Virus record (IMG/VR): IMGVR_UViG_3300048852_000016
Coordinates: 1 to 34,850 of that record
DNA: 34,850 nucleotides
Strand: one strand, 5' to 3'
Source: a virus
Taxonomy: Duplodnaviria > Caudoviricetes
Each line of letters begins with the position of its first letter. The stretch's first letter is position 1. Below, one piece after another: positions 1-8,664 of this stretch. The notes under the pieces are model-generated. The model saw nothing but the letters and a program-made list of their open reading frames with translations. It did not search any database and was not told where the DNA came from. The position numbers and the translations under genes are program-made.

Positions 1-155
1 GCCCCGTAGGTATGGCCGCACTTCACGCCATCGAGGATTGACTGGCACTCTAGAACCCAGATCCTCTGATAGTAATCATTGCCCGGGAAGTCTGTCTTTT
101 CGAGCAAACGCTGATCATTGCGGTTGAAATCACCAACCTTCGACATTGACGACAT
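1..155 (-). CDS. Partial small Cys-containing (zinc-ribbon-like) hypothetical protein, runs off the left edge
   Basis: My translation (not in ORF track): MSSMSKVGDFNRNDQRLLEKTDFPGNDYYQRIWVLEC...KCGHTYGA; ATG at 155 or 146; open to window edge. Confidence 0.6.
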   Translation of the reverse strand, partial: MSSMSKVGDFNRNDQRLLEKTDFPGNDYYQRIWVLECQSILDGVKCGHTYG

Positions 156-197
156 TCTATTGACCCCCGAGCGTCTTGACCGGACTTTGACACAGCT

Positions 198-662
198 ATG
201 GCTAAAGCAAAACTAACGGATGAGGTCAAAACCTACATCGTGCAGGCCCTGGCATGCTTCGACAGCCCTTCCGTCGTAGCCGCGGCAGTCAAGAAGGAGT
301 TCAGCGTCGAGGCTAGCCGGCAACTGGTTGAGAGCCATGACCCGAACAAGAAGGCTGCATCTGGTTTGGCCCCGAAGTGGAGAGTGCTCTTCGAGGAAAC
401 CCGCAAGACCTTCCTCGAAGACACTGCATCCATTGCCATAAGTCACCGGGCGGTGAGATTGCGCGCGCTCCAGCGGATGGCGGACAAGGCAGAGACGCAG
501 GGTAACATGGTGCTGGCATCGTCGCTGCTGAAGCAGGCGGCAGAGGAAGTGGGTGGAAGCTACACCAACCGGCGCGAACTGACAGGGAAGGACGGAAAGG
601 ACTTGCCGGTACCAGTCTCGCCGGTGACGATCTTCCAGTTGCCCGACAATGGCAGGAGCTGA
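198..662 (+). CDS. Terminase small subunit (DUF2280-like)
   Basis: IVQALACFDSPSVV...RLRALQRM...AAEEVGGSYTNRRELTGKDG resembles DUF2280; directly upstream of and overlapping terL. Confidence 0.8.
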   Translation: MAKAKLTDEVKTYIVQALACFDSPSVVAAAVKKEFSVEASRQLVESHDPNKKAASGLAPKWRVLFEETRKTFLEDTASIAISHRAVRLRALQRMADKAETQGNMVLASSLLKQAAEEVGGSYTNRRELTGKDGKDLPVPVSPVTIFQLPDNGRS

Positions 663-1201
663 GCAGGGCGCGGCAGCCCAAACGATCATCCGGCCGCAAC
701 CGGGCCCACAGACGACGTTCCTTGCCTCGCAGGCTGATATCGCGATCTACGGCGGGTCGGCAGGCGGCGGAAAAACCTGGGCGCTCCTCATGGAGCCGCT
801 ACGCCACATCGCCAACCCGCAATTTGGCGCTGTGTTCTTCCGACGCTCGACTGTGCAGGTCCGAAACGAGGGTGGCCTGTGGGACGAGAGCGAGAAGCTC
901 TACCCCGCAATCGGCGCGGCTCCGAAAGAGCATGTGCTGCAGTGGAGCTTTCCTTCCGGCGCGTCGGTGTCGTTTGCTCACCTGGAGCAAGATCACACGC
1001 TTCAGCGGCTTTTCCGCCCAGGCAGAGGCTGGCAACGTATTCGTGATCCGCGGCCGCTGGAATGAAGACTGGTTCACTGCCCTGGAGAGCTTTCCTGAGG
1101 CAGCGCACGATGACGATGCCGACAGTACGAGCAGAGCCTTCAACGCGCTGATCTCGTCACCGCCGGTCACCACCACGACAACGGTGCAGGGGTTGTACTA
1201 G
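649..1201 (+). pseudogene. terL: Terminase large subunit, internally deleted and frameshifted
   Basis: Frame 649: PQPGPQ..FL and Walker A GGSAGGGKT up to FAHLE (about 988). The next frame from about 989 gives the TerL C-terminus KITRF...GRWNEDW..LESFPEAAHDDDADS. Walker B and most of the nuclease domain are absent. Confidence 0.85.
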
Positions 1202-1548
1202 CGTAAGGCGCCCGCCGGCGGTTTTGTCAACAGCGGCACGACGACAGAGACCATGCCGAACAGCAAGTGAGGCCACATGATCCGGCTCGAGAAATCAAAG
1301 AGCCAAGGCGAGGTGAGCAGGACCGCGCCGAGGGTCTGGTCCAAAATCAGATGAACACGAAGCGGCAGGACTTTGAGGAAGCCGAGCTCGTAGTTCGTCA
1401 GAAGGCTGTACAGGACGGCAACGACTCCGAGCGAGATCGGCACCCACTGCGCGGCCGTCCCGTCGGCGAACCCGAGCAGGAACGGGGCAAGAATGAGTAT
1501 CGCCCCGACCACATAGTCGAGCACGCCGTGAACTTGGGTCGGGATCAT
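1198..1548 (-). CDS. SPW-repeat membrane protein (moron)
   Basis: MIPTQVHGVLDYVVG...APFLLGF...YSLLTNYELG...H..LD...SPWLFDF; GGAGG RBS upstream of ATG 1548; antisense to phage genes. Confidence 0.8.
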   Translation of the reverse strand: MIPTQVHGVLDYVVGAILILAPFLLGFADGTAAQWVPISLGVVAVLYSLLTNYELGFLKVLPLRVHLILDQTLGAVLLTSPWLFDFSSRIMWPHLLFGMVSVVVPLLTKPPAGALR

Positions 1549-1622
1549 GCGGCCTCCAATCTGAAACGTCCGTTTCGCACCTAAATGGGCCGGCGGCAAT
1601 ATGTTCCCCCGAGGAATAGACA

Positions 1623-2999
1623 ATGACTGAAGCCGTCGAGACGAAACACCCCGCCTACCTCGCTCGGGCTGACGAATGGTCGCTGATGCGCGACACGGCG
1701 GGCGGAGAGAAGGAGGTCAAAGCCGCCTCCACCGCATACCTCCCGAAGCCGTCTGGATTCTCCGCCCAAGCCGACGGTGGTCGCGCTCTGTATGAGGCAT
1801 ACCAGACGCGGGCTCAGTTCCCGGAGATCGTGCACCCAACAGTTCATGGGATGGTCGGAGTAATCCACCGGACCGAAGCGCAGATCGAAATGCCGTCCGC
1901 CATGCAGGCGCTGTGGGAGAAGGCGACGAAGGATGGGCTGCCGCTGGAGGCGCTTCACCGGCGGATAACTGCGGAGCTGCTCACCACCGGCCGCTATGCC
2001 TTGCTTGCCGATGCCTCGACGGAAGGTTCAGAGCTGCCGTGGCTTGCCGGCTACTCGGCAGAGGCTCTCATCAACTGGGCTGACGATCGAACCTTGTTCG
2101 TCCTCGACGAGAGCGGCCTAAGGCGTGAGGGCTTCCGCTGGGAGCGAGAGCAGCGGTTTCGGGTGCTTGAGATGCGGGACGGCAGCTACACCGTCCAGAC
2201 CTACACTGGAGCAGAGAGAACGCCCGGAGACGAGGTCACCCCCTCGGGACGCGGCAACACCAAGCTGACTGAGATCCCGTTCGTGGTCATGGGCGCGCGG
2301 GATCTGTCGGTGTCTCCTGAGCTGCCGCCGCTGCTCGGTGTGGCTCGATCGGCCATTGCTCTCTACCAGCTCTCGGCTGACTACCGCTGGCAGCTGTTCA
2401 TGACCGGGCAGGAGACGCTCGTCGTCATCAATGGCGATCCCCCATCGGCCGTTGGGGCAGGGGCGGTCATCGCGATCAAGCAGGGTGACCAAGCCGGCAC
2501 GCCTGACGTAAAGTATGTGGGGCCGGCCGGCACCGGCATCGCCGCCCATCGAACCGCGATCCTCGACGAGCGCCAGAACGCGGCCCAGTCCGGCGCCAGG
2601 CTGTTCAACAGCAGCGAGAGCAAAACAGCGGAGAGCGGTGACGCCTTGCGCATTAGGTTTGCGGCGGAGACGGCCACGCTCACCTCTATCGCACTGTCGA
2701 GCGCCCAGGGACTGGAGAAGGCGCTTCGGCACATCGCGGTCATGATCGGGCAAAGTCCCGAGGCGGTGACAGTGAAGCCGAACCTGTCGTTCGTTGACGC
2801 GACGCTGACACCTGAACAGGCGGCTTCGCTCGTCTCGCTCTGGCAAAACGGCGCCATTGCCTACGAGACGCTGTACGAGAACCTGCAGCGGGGTGAGATC
2901 GCAAGCGCCGAGCGGGATCACGAGGCGGAGTTGAAGCTCATCGATGAGCAGCGGTTCGGGAGCGAGGAGGAAAGACGGGCGGCGCTGGGAGCCAGTTAG
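1623..2999 (+). CDS. Portal protein (DUF4055-like)
   Basis: 458 aa after terL; HPAY..W, YLPKP, IPFV, LYQLSADYR, AESGDALRIR motifs. Confidence 0.85.
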   Translation: MTEAVETKHPAYLARADEWSLMRDTAGGEKEVKAASTAYLPKPSGFSAQADGGRALYEAYQTRAQFPEIVHPTVHGMVGVIHRTEAQIEMPSAMQALWEKATKDGLPLEALHRRITAELLTTGRYALLADASTEGSELPWLAGYSAEALINWADDRTLFVLDESGLRREGFRWEREQRFRVLEMRDGSYTVQTYTGAERTPGDEVTPSGRGNTKLTEIPFVVMGARDLSVSPELPPLLGVARSAIALYQLSADYRWQLFMTGQETLVVINGDPPSAVGAGAVIAIKQGDQAGTPDVKYVGPAGTGIAAHRTAILDERQNAAQSGARLFNSSESKTAESGDALRIRFAAETATLTSIALSSAQGLEKALRHIAVMIGQSPEAVTVKPNLSFVDATLTPEQAASLVSLWQNGAIAYETLYENLQRGEIASAERDHEAELKLIDEQRFGSEEERRAALGAS

Positions 3000-3045
3000 G
3001 TTGTTGCGCGTTGGTGGTCCAACCTAATCGCAAGAGGAACGACCA

Positions 3046-3603
3046 GTGCAAGTCACCCAGCGTAAAGAGAGCCCCACAACGCAACCGGCGGAGGCTCTCA
3101 GCCCCGCTTTGGCCAGGAACATCGAGTCAATAGTCGAGCGCAGAAAACGCGAGGCACGGGCGGCTCCTCTCGAAGCGAAAGTCGCCGCGGCTATCAGCAA
3201 GTTCGCTGGCAGTATGACGTTCGTTTACATCCACCTCGCAATCTTCGGTGGCTGGATTGCGATCAACACCGGGATCATCCCTTTTGTGCCAGCATGGGAC
3301 GAGTCGCTGGTAATACTGGCGATGATCGCGTCCGTGGAAGCCATCTTCCTCTCGACCTTCGTCTTGATCAATCAGAACCGTATGGCGGACGAAGACAATG
3401 ATCGAGCTGACCTCGGCCTGCAGATCACGCTCCTAAACGAGCATGAGACAACTCGGTTGATCGCTATGGTGGAGGCGATCGCGGCCCGACTCAATGTCGA
3501 GACCGACGCCGATGACGAGATCCACGAACTTAAGCGCGATGTCGCCCCTGAAGCAGTCCTCGAAGAGATCAAATCTTCTGAGGGCGAGAATCTTGGGACC
3601 TAG
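3046..3603 (+). CDS. DUF1003 family membrane protein (moron)
   Basis: FAGSMTFVYIH...W..IN...ASVEAIFLSTFVLINQNRM..D..RADL.LQI.LLNEHE typical of DUF1003. Confidence 0.85.
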   Translation: MQVTQRKESPTTQPAEALSPALARNIESIVERRKREARAAPLEAKVAAAISKFAGSMTFVYIHLAIFGGWIAINTGIIPFVPAWDESLVILAMIASVEAIFLSTFVLINQNRMADEDNDRADLGLQITLLNEHETTRLIAMVEAIAARLNVETDADDEIHELKRDVAPEAVLEEIKSSEGENLGT

Positions 3604-3657
3604 ATGATCCGCGTCTGCATGCCACGCTGAAAACCATCATCTTGCAATGCCCACCCC

Positions 3658-3680
3658 GGCCGCCAGTGAGCGGCCTTTTT
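3658..3680 (+). terminator. Intrinsic terminator after DUF1003 moron
   Basis: GGCCGC-cagtga-GCGGCC followed by TTTTT. Confidence 0.6.
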
Positions 3681-3699
3681 CATTGGAAGGAAGAAGCCA

Positions 3700-4488
3700 G
3701 TGGCTTTGAAAGCAATCATTGACAGCCTCGACAGTGTCGAGGAGCAGTACCGCTCGCTCTACGAGGAGAAGGACGGCAAGTTCGTTCTCGCAGTAGAGGG
3801 CATTGAAGCCCACCCGGGCGCAGCAGCGCTCAAGTCAGCTCTCGATCGTGTCCGCGGCGAGAAGCGCACTCTCAGCGAAAAGCTTACCACCGCCGAAAGC
3901 CGGCTGGAAGGTCTGCCCGACGATTTCGACGCCGACGCCTACGAGACCCTCCGCACCCAGGCAGAAGGCAAAGAGCCGCCGAAGGCTGATGAGCGCCTCG
4001 AGCGCCAGAAGACCGAGCTCGAAAAGAAGCACGGTATCGAGAAGACGAAGCTGGAGCAGCGCAACGCCAAGCTGGACGCCACGCTGCGCAAGACGCTGAT
4101 CGACGACGGCCTGACAAAGGCGCTGATCGAAGCCGGTGTCTCCAAGGACTTCCTGCCGGCGGCTAAAGCACTGCTCAAGGAGCGCGGCGCGGTGAAGCTG
4201 GTCGAGGAAGACGATGAATTCCACGTCTTTGCTGACGATGGCGTGGACGAACGCACCCCGCTGAAGAAGTTCGTCGCCGATTGGTCCTCTGACGAGGGCA
4301 AACACTTCGTCGCCAAAGCCACCGGTGGCGATGCCAAGGGCGGCGACGGCCGGACATTCACCGACAACCCTTGGGACAGCAGCAACGGCAAAAAGCCGAA
4401 CCTGACCAAGCAACAGCAGCTCATCCAGGAGAACGCGGCAAAGGCCCGCCAGATGGCGCAGGCGGCCGGCGTCACTCCTACCTGGTAA
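3700..4488 (+). CDS. Capsid scaffolding protein
   Basis: MALKAIIDSLDSVEEQYRSLYEEKDGKFVLAVEG start, charged coiled coil, GGDAKGG..NPW..NLTKQ end; between portal and capsid. Confidence 0.75.
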   Translation: MALKAIIDSLDSVEEQYRSLYEEKDGKFVLAVEGIEAHPGAAALKSALDRVRGEKRTLSEKLTTAESRLEGLPDDFDADAYETLRTQAEGKEPPKADERLERQKTELEKKHGIEKTKLEQRNAKLDATLRKTLIDDGLTKALIEAGVSKDFLPAAKALLKERGAVKLVEEDDEFHVFADDGVDERTPLKKFVADWSSDEGKHFVAKATGGDAKGGDGRTFTDNPWDSSNGKKPNLTKQQQLIQENAAKARQMAQAAGVTPTW

Positions 4489-4584
4489 CATCCGGCGTCA
4501 GTGGCGCCACCATCGACGAGGTCATGCCCAGTGGGGTGACCGAGACCAATCATCCCACATCCTCCAAATGACAGGAGTCTCGAC

Positions 4585-5589
4585 ATGGCCACCACTCGCC
4601 TGAGCGACGTCATCTATGGCCCGCTCTTCCTCCCCACGACGATTCAGCGCATTGCGCAGCTGTCGCGCATCCGCAATTCGCCGATCGTCTCCACCGACGC
4701 TGAACTCCAGCGTTTCGCCAATGGTCCGGGTGATCTCGTCCAGATGCCATTCTGGAACGACCTGACCGGCAACTCCAACGTCTCGACGGATGACCCGGCT
4801 CAGACCGCCACGCCTAACAAGCTGACGCAGGGCCAGGACATGGCCCGGAAGATCCGCCGCAACAACGGCTGGCAGTCGGCCAACCTCGTCGCCTCCATGC
4901 TTGCGGAAGACCCGCTCGATGCCGTGGCCCAGCTCATTGCAGAGTATTGGGTCCGGGAAGAGCAGCGGATCATGGGCGAGCAGATGCGCGGCGTGTTTGC
5001 TTCGGCAGGCATGGCCGGCAATGTTCTCGATGTCGCTTCGGAAGACGGCGCCGTGTCGCCTGTCAACCTGGACGCCGAGATCGCGGCGAATGCCTATGCT
5101 CTGCTGGGCGAGTACGGCACCACGCTGTCGGCGGTCCTCATGCACTCGCGGATCTTCTACAATCTGCGTGCTGCTCGGGCGATCGAGAAGTTCAAGGATC
5201 CGGCAACGGGCCTCGACTTTAACATGTGGGATGACAAGATCGTCTACGTGTCCGACCAGTGCCCACGCGAGGCAGGCGACACCTCCGGCTTCAAGTACAC
5301 CTCCTACCTCTTCGGCAGTGGTGCGATCGGCTATGCCGAAGCCACGGGTGAGGGTGGACCGAAGAAGCCGGTCGAGATCGACAGCGTTGCTGCTGCCGGT
5401 AACGGCGAAGGGGTCGAGACGGTCTGGTACCGCCGGCACTGGGTCATGCATCCCCGCGGCGTCTCCTTCAGCGGTACGCCAGCTTCGGCATCCGGTGTGA
5501 CCGATACCGAGCTCGCCACCGGCGGGAACTGGACCCGGGTTTACGACCCGAAGCTGGTTCGCATGGTCGCCGTCGTCACAAACGGCTGA
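4585..5589 (+). CDS. Major capsid protein
   Basis: 334 aa; MATTRLSDVI, MPFWNDL, YLFGSGAIG, RRHWVMHPRG, NWTRVYDPK coat-protein motifs. Confidence 0.85.
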   Translation: MATTRLSDVIYGPLFLPTTIQRIAQLSRIRNSPIVSTDAELQRFANGPGDLVQMPFWNDLTGNSNVSTDDPAQTATPNKLTQGQDMARKIRRNNGWQSANLVASMLAEDPLDAVAQLIAEYWVREEQRIMGEQMRGVFASAGMAGNVLDVASEDGAVSPVNLDAEIAANAYALLGEYGTTLSAVLMHSRIFYNLRAARAIEKFKDPATGLDFNMWDDKIVYVSDQCPREAGDTSGFKYTSYLFGSGAIGYAEATGEGGPKKPVEIDSVAAAGNGEGVETVWYRRHWVMHPRGVSFSGTPASASGVTDTELATGGNWTRVYDPKLVRMVAVVTNG

Positions 5590-5594
5590 GGGCA

Positions 5595-5610
5595 GGGGCT
5601 TCGGCCCCTC
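5595..5610 (+). terminator. Stem-loop after capsid gene (terminator or mRNA stabiliser)
   Basis: AGGGGC-TTCG-GCCCCT UUCG tetraloop hairpin; no clear U tract. Confidence 0.5.
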
Positions 5611-5638
5611 TCCATCTCACCCCCTCATCATCAGGAGA

Positions 5639-6244
5639 ATGACAATGAACGATCATCAGAATGATCCGCTTCTGGCGGAGGCCATCGCCCGTCGCGACGA
5701 AAGCCGTGCGCAGATCCTGCGCTCCCGCGCCAACCGCCTCGGCGGCTCTACTGCCGTCGACCGGCTCGCCAATGCCTTTGATAAGATGGCAGAGCAGGCG
5801 GAGAAGGCTTCTCGGGAATCCTCGACTGCTCTCTCGAGCATTGAGCCCGTGAAGCCGGATCCGGAAGGCACCAGCCGTCAGCTGGCTGACAGCGAGGGCA
5901 ACTTCGCAGCCAATGCCGACGTGGCTGCCGTAGGTGGCATCGGTATCAAAGCCAGTAACACGGATGTCTCTACCGGCAAGCCGGCGCAGACGATCGAACA
6001 GGCCGGCCAGGCTGTCATGCCCGGGGCTCAGAAGATCGTGGGCGATCAGACTGTGGGCGGAGCGGCGACCACTCGCACAGCAGAGACGGACGAGACCCGC
6101 GCCACAGTGTCCATTCCGGACAACTGGCGGGAGCTCACTTGGCAGGAGCGCCGGTCGCTGGCGTCGAAGCTCAGCAACGATCCGATCAGCAATGGCGAGG
6201 AAGCCAACGCTGCGATCGAAGCTGAGCTGAAGCGCCGGGGCTAA
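5639..6244 (+). CDS. Hypothetical phage head-associated protein
   Basis: 201 aa ORF with AGGAG RBS directly after capsid gene. Confidence 0.65.
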   Translation: MTMNDHQNDPLLAEAIARRDESRAQILRSRANRLGGSTAVDRLANAFDKMAEQAEKASRESSTALSSIEPVKPDPEGTSRQLADSEGNFAANADVAAVGGIGIKASNTDVSTGKPAQTIEQAGQAVMPGAQKIVGDQTVGGAATTRTAETDETRATVSIPDNWRELTWQERRSLASKLSNDPISNGEEANAAIEAELKRRG

Positions 6245-6432
6245 GCAGAGCCCTTCTGAGGGAGGTCAATGGCTTCTTTGACCTCCTTCTTTATCTTGTG
6301 CTGGCCATCGCCGTCGGTGTTCTCGCTGATACTATTAACGTCCTCGCCCGTCTCAGGGACGTCGGCAAAATCATTGGGCATGACAGCGCCGCCGGGGCCC
6401 TGCGTAGCGGTTGGCTTCTTCGGATCATTCAT
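6241..6432 (-). CDS. Small acidic hypothetical protein (moron)
   Basis: MNDPKKPTATQGPGGAVMPNDFAD..., strong AAGGAG RBS, antisense within head module. Confidence 0.55.
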   Translation of the reverse strand: MNDPKKPTATQGPGGAVMPNDFADVPETGEDVNSISENTDGDGQHKIKKEVKEAIDLPQKGSA

Positions 6433-6497
6433 TGTCGTTCTCCTTCCGCAGGTCAAACAATCTGCAGCGCAATTAGGTCCCGCCGACGGAGCTCCGC

Positions 6498-6707
6498 ATG
6501 ACCGTGATCGATGCCATCAATCGAAGTCAGCGATTGGCCGTCACAGACGACGGTCAGGTCTGCCAGATTACCAACCTTTTTGATTGTGACGGGGACGAAA
6601 CCGACAAAGCCGAAGCGGCTGTAGTTGCCGTCGTGAAGCTGGCTGACGACGAATGGCTTACGGTCGATCTGACAGCCTTCGGAACTGCTAAGGGAACTGA
6701 TGAGTAA
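6498..6707 (+). CDS. Hypothetical phage protein
   Basis: 69 aa, GGAG RBS, ITNLFDCDGDET..AVVAV..W motif. Confidence 0.6.
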   Translation: MTVIDAINRSQRLAVTDDGQVCQITNLFDCDGDETDKAEAAVVAVVKLADDEWLTVDLTAFGTAKGTDE

Positions 6708-6918
6708 CGTCGAGAAGTTTCTTCCGGTGGAAGTTGGCGAGAACTATCGTATTGATCCGGATGAGCTGCTGGAAGCAGCCAAGGGCCAAGGCTTCACCAA
6801 TCTGGTGATCTTGGCAGAGCAGCCCGACGGAGAGCTGTGGGTCAGCGGCATGGCGAACGCCGGCGAGACCATGATCCTGCTGGAGCGGGCGAAACATCAC
6901 ATCGTCTTCGGAGAGTAA
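6700..6918 (+). CDS. Hypothetical phage protein
   Basis: 72 aa overlapping previous stop; DPDELLEAAKG...LLERAK. Confidence 0.6.
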   Translation: MSNVEKFLPVEVGENYRIDPDELLEAAKGQGFTNLVILAEQPDGELWVSGMANAGETMILLERAKHHIVFGE

Positions 6919-6921
6919 CCC

Positions 6922-7410
6922 ATGCCAGACCACTACGGGGCGCTTCCTGCTGCGCTCGCTTATCACGAGGCAAGAGGCAATGCGGCATGGACCGGGGCAG
7001 GCGTTGACGATGCCAAGCGCACTGCTGCGCTGATGCGTGCTTCGCAGGCTCTTGATGCCCTCTATGGCGCGCGCTATCCGGGCGTGATCGCTTCAGCCGG
7101 CTAGGATCTGCTCTGGCCGCGTGCGGATGTGGTCTGGCGCGGCGAAGATCTGGCTGCGGATGTCGTGCCGGCGCCGGTCGAGAAAGCCGCCTATGAGCTC
7201 GCCCTTCGGGAATTAACAAAGCCCGGCTCACTCGCGCCCGATGTTGCCGCCGGCCCGCAGAAGGTGCTGACAGAGGTCAAGGGCGTGAAGTGGAGCATCG
7301 TCGATGGCGCGTCCGCCAGGGCGACTTTGCCCATTGTCGACGGTATCCTCGCGGAAATACTCACGCACACCCCGACCGGCACGAGTGTCACCACGCTGGC
7401 GAGGTTCTGA
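6922..7410 (+). pseudogene. Head-tail adaptor (DnaT-like phage family) with internal amber stop
   Basis: ORFs 6922-7104 and 7129-7410 are in frame; TAG at 7102-7104 sits where the family Q-x-L-x-WPR motif expects Gln (G*DLLWPR); continues VPAPVEKAAYELALREL. Confidence 0.75.
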
Positions 7411-7417
7411 CCACAGC

Positions 7418-7455
7418 AAAACGCCCCCGCCGTCTCAAGGGCTAGCGAGGGCGTT
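7418..7455 (-). terminator. Probable terminator of minus-strand moron
   Basis: AAAACGCCC...GGGCGTT inverted repeat, A run gives U tract on minus strand. Confidence 0.45.
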
Positions 7456-7489
7456 CCACAGTCAAGGGGCGAATGAAGACGGAAGCTCT

Positions 7490-7882
7490 CTAGCGGCGGA
7501 TGACCGGGCAGCCGCGGTCGTTACCAAACACGATGCGGTCACGGCCGTGGCGGTCCCGCCCGACGACGGTGACGGTGCGCCGGTCGACATCAACGACGCG
7601 GGCACGACGCAGGCCCATGTCACGCGCCTTTGCCTCCGCCAGTCCCGGGTCGCAGCGGCCGCCGCGATCACGGCGCGGACGCTCCCAGCGGTCGCCCCGG
7701 TCATGGCGCGGGCCGTCCCAGCGGTCGCCGCCGCGATGGTCGTTGCCGCCGCGGCCGTCCCAGCCCTGCTGCACAAAGATCCGGAATTCCGGTCCGGATG
7801 CGGCAGCCGTCGACGCCGAGGCGGAGAGGCCGGTTAGGGCAATCAGAGCGGCAACTCCGGTTTTAATGAGAATGTTCGTCAT
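7490..7882 (-). CDS. Secreted Arg/Gly/Asp-rich hypothetical protein (moron)
   Basis: Signal peptide MTNILIKTGVAALIALTGLSASASTAAA; C-terminal C..A..KAR.MGLRRARV...GCP domain; GGAGAG RBS. Confidence 0.7.
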   Translation of the reverse strand: MTNILIKTGVAALIALTGLSASASTAAASGPEFRIFVQQGWDGRGGNDHRGGDRWDGPRHDRGDRWERPRRDRGGRCDPGLAEAKARDMGLRRARVVDVDRRTVTVVGRDRHGRDRIVFGNDRGCPVIRR

Positions 7883-8080
7883 GGATGTCTCTCCAGAGGG
7901 CCAGAAACTGGCGCCGATGAACTCTCCCGTCTTTCGGGATTGATCAGACCTTAGCGAGCGGCTGCTGAACAAAATCCTACGCGGGCATTCACGAGCTGTT
8001 CATCCGTTGAGCGCTGCGCCGCTTTGGCGGAGCCGCTAGCGGCCGCATCCTAATCTCGTCCGGCAACACAAGGACCGACA

Positions 8081-8482
8081 ATGGAAGACTGGACCTCGAT
8101 TGCCGCGGAGGTGGCTGACGCCATCCGTTCGGTCTCCGAGGTATCCCAGCCCAACGGCTACCCGGTGACGCTGCGAATCCCCGGCACGCTGACCGGCCCA
8201 GACTGGAACCCAACCATCGGCCCGCCGACATACAAGACGATGTATGCCGTCGAGGGCTTTCAGGAGATCCGAGACGCCTCGGGCACGCTGATAGGCCAGA
8301 CGCGCCACACGCTGACCGTGACGGCTGATCCTGAGGCTGTGCCGATGAAGAGCTATAGCGTGGCGCTGGGTGTTGCTGCTGAGGACGTGGCCGACGACAC
8401 GCCGTTCGTGGAAATTCTAGAGGTTCGGCCGCTGGCGCCCGCTGGCATCCCCGTGCTCTATGACATCGATCTAACCGCTTAA
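8081..8482 (+). CDS. Head closure / head-tail joining protein
   Basis: 133 aa; VTLR...EILEVRPLAPAGIPVLY; synteny. Confidence 0.65.
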   Translation: MEDWTSIAAEVADAIRSVSEVSQPNGYPVTLRIPGTLTGPDWNPTIGPPTYKTMYAVEGFQEIRDASGTLIGQTRHTLTVTADPEAVPMKSYSVALGVAAEDVADDTPFVEILEVRPLAPAGIPVLYDIDLTA

Positions 8483-8499
8483 CCCGAAGGATAGCCACC

Positions 8500-8664
8500 A
8501 TGGTCAAGGTTCTGCTCGAAAAGACTTACAAGGCCCGCAAGCCCGGCGTGACGCTGGACATCCCGCAGACTGAGGCGGAAGCCGTCGAACGGCTCGGGCT
8601 CGGCAAGATCGTCGGCGGCAAGACAGCTGCCAAGAAGGCCGAGAAGAGCGCCACGGCTGAATAA
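8500..8664 (+). CDS. Small hypothetical phage protein (54 aa)
   Basis: My translation MVKVLLEKTYKARKPGVTLDIPQTEAEAVERLGLGKIV...; AAGGA RBS; TAATG overlap with next gene. Confidence 0.65.
   Translation: MVKVLLEKTYKARKPGVTLDIPQTEAEAVERLGLGKIVGGKTAAKKAEKSATAE

Noticed and set aside
980-1000. Programmed frameshift or intron explaining split terL
   Set aside because: No slippery site or intervening sequence, and the joined product would still lack Walker B and most of the nuclease domain
2118-5451. Long antisense ORFs (2118-2921, 3835-4491, 4522-5451; likewise 15824-16693, 19188-20878, 27084-27836, 33611-34147)
   Set aside because: Shadow frames of high-GC genes on the opposite strand, with no recognisable motifs
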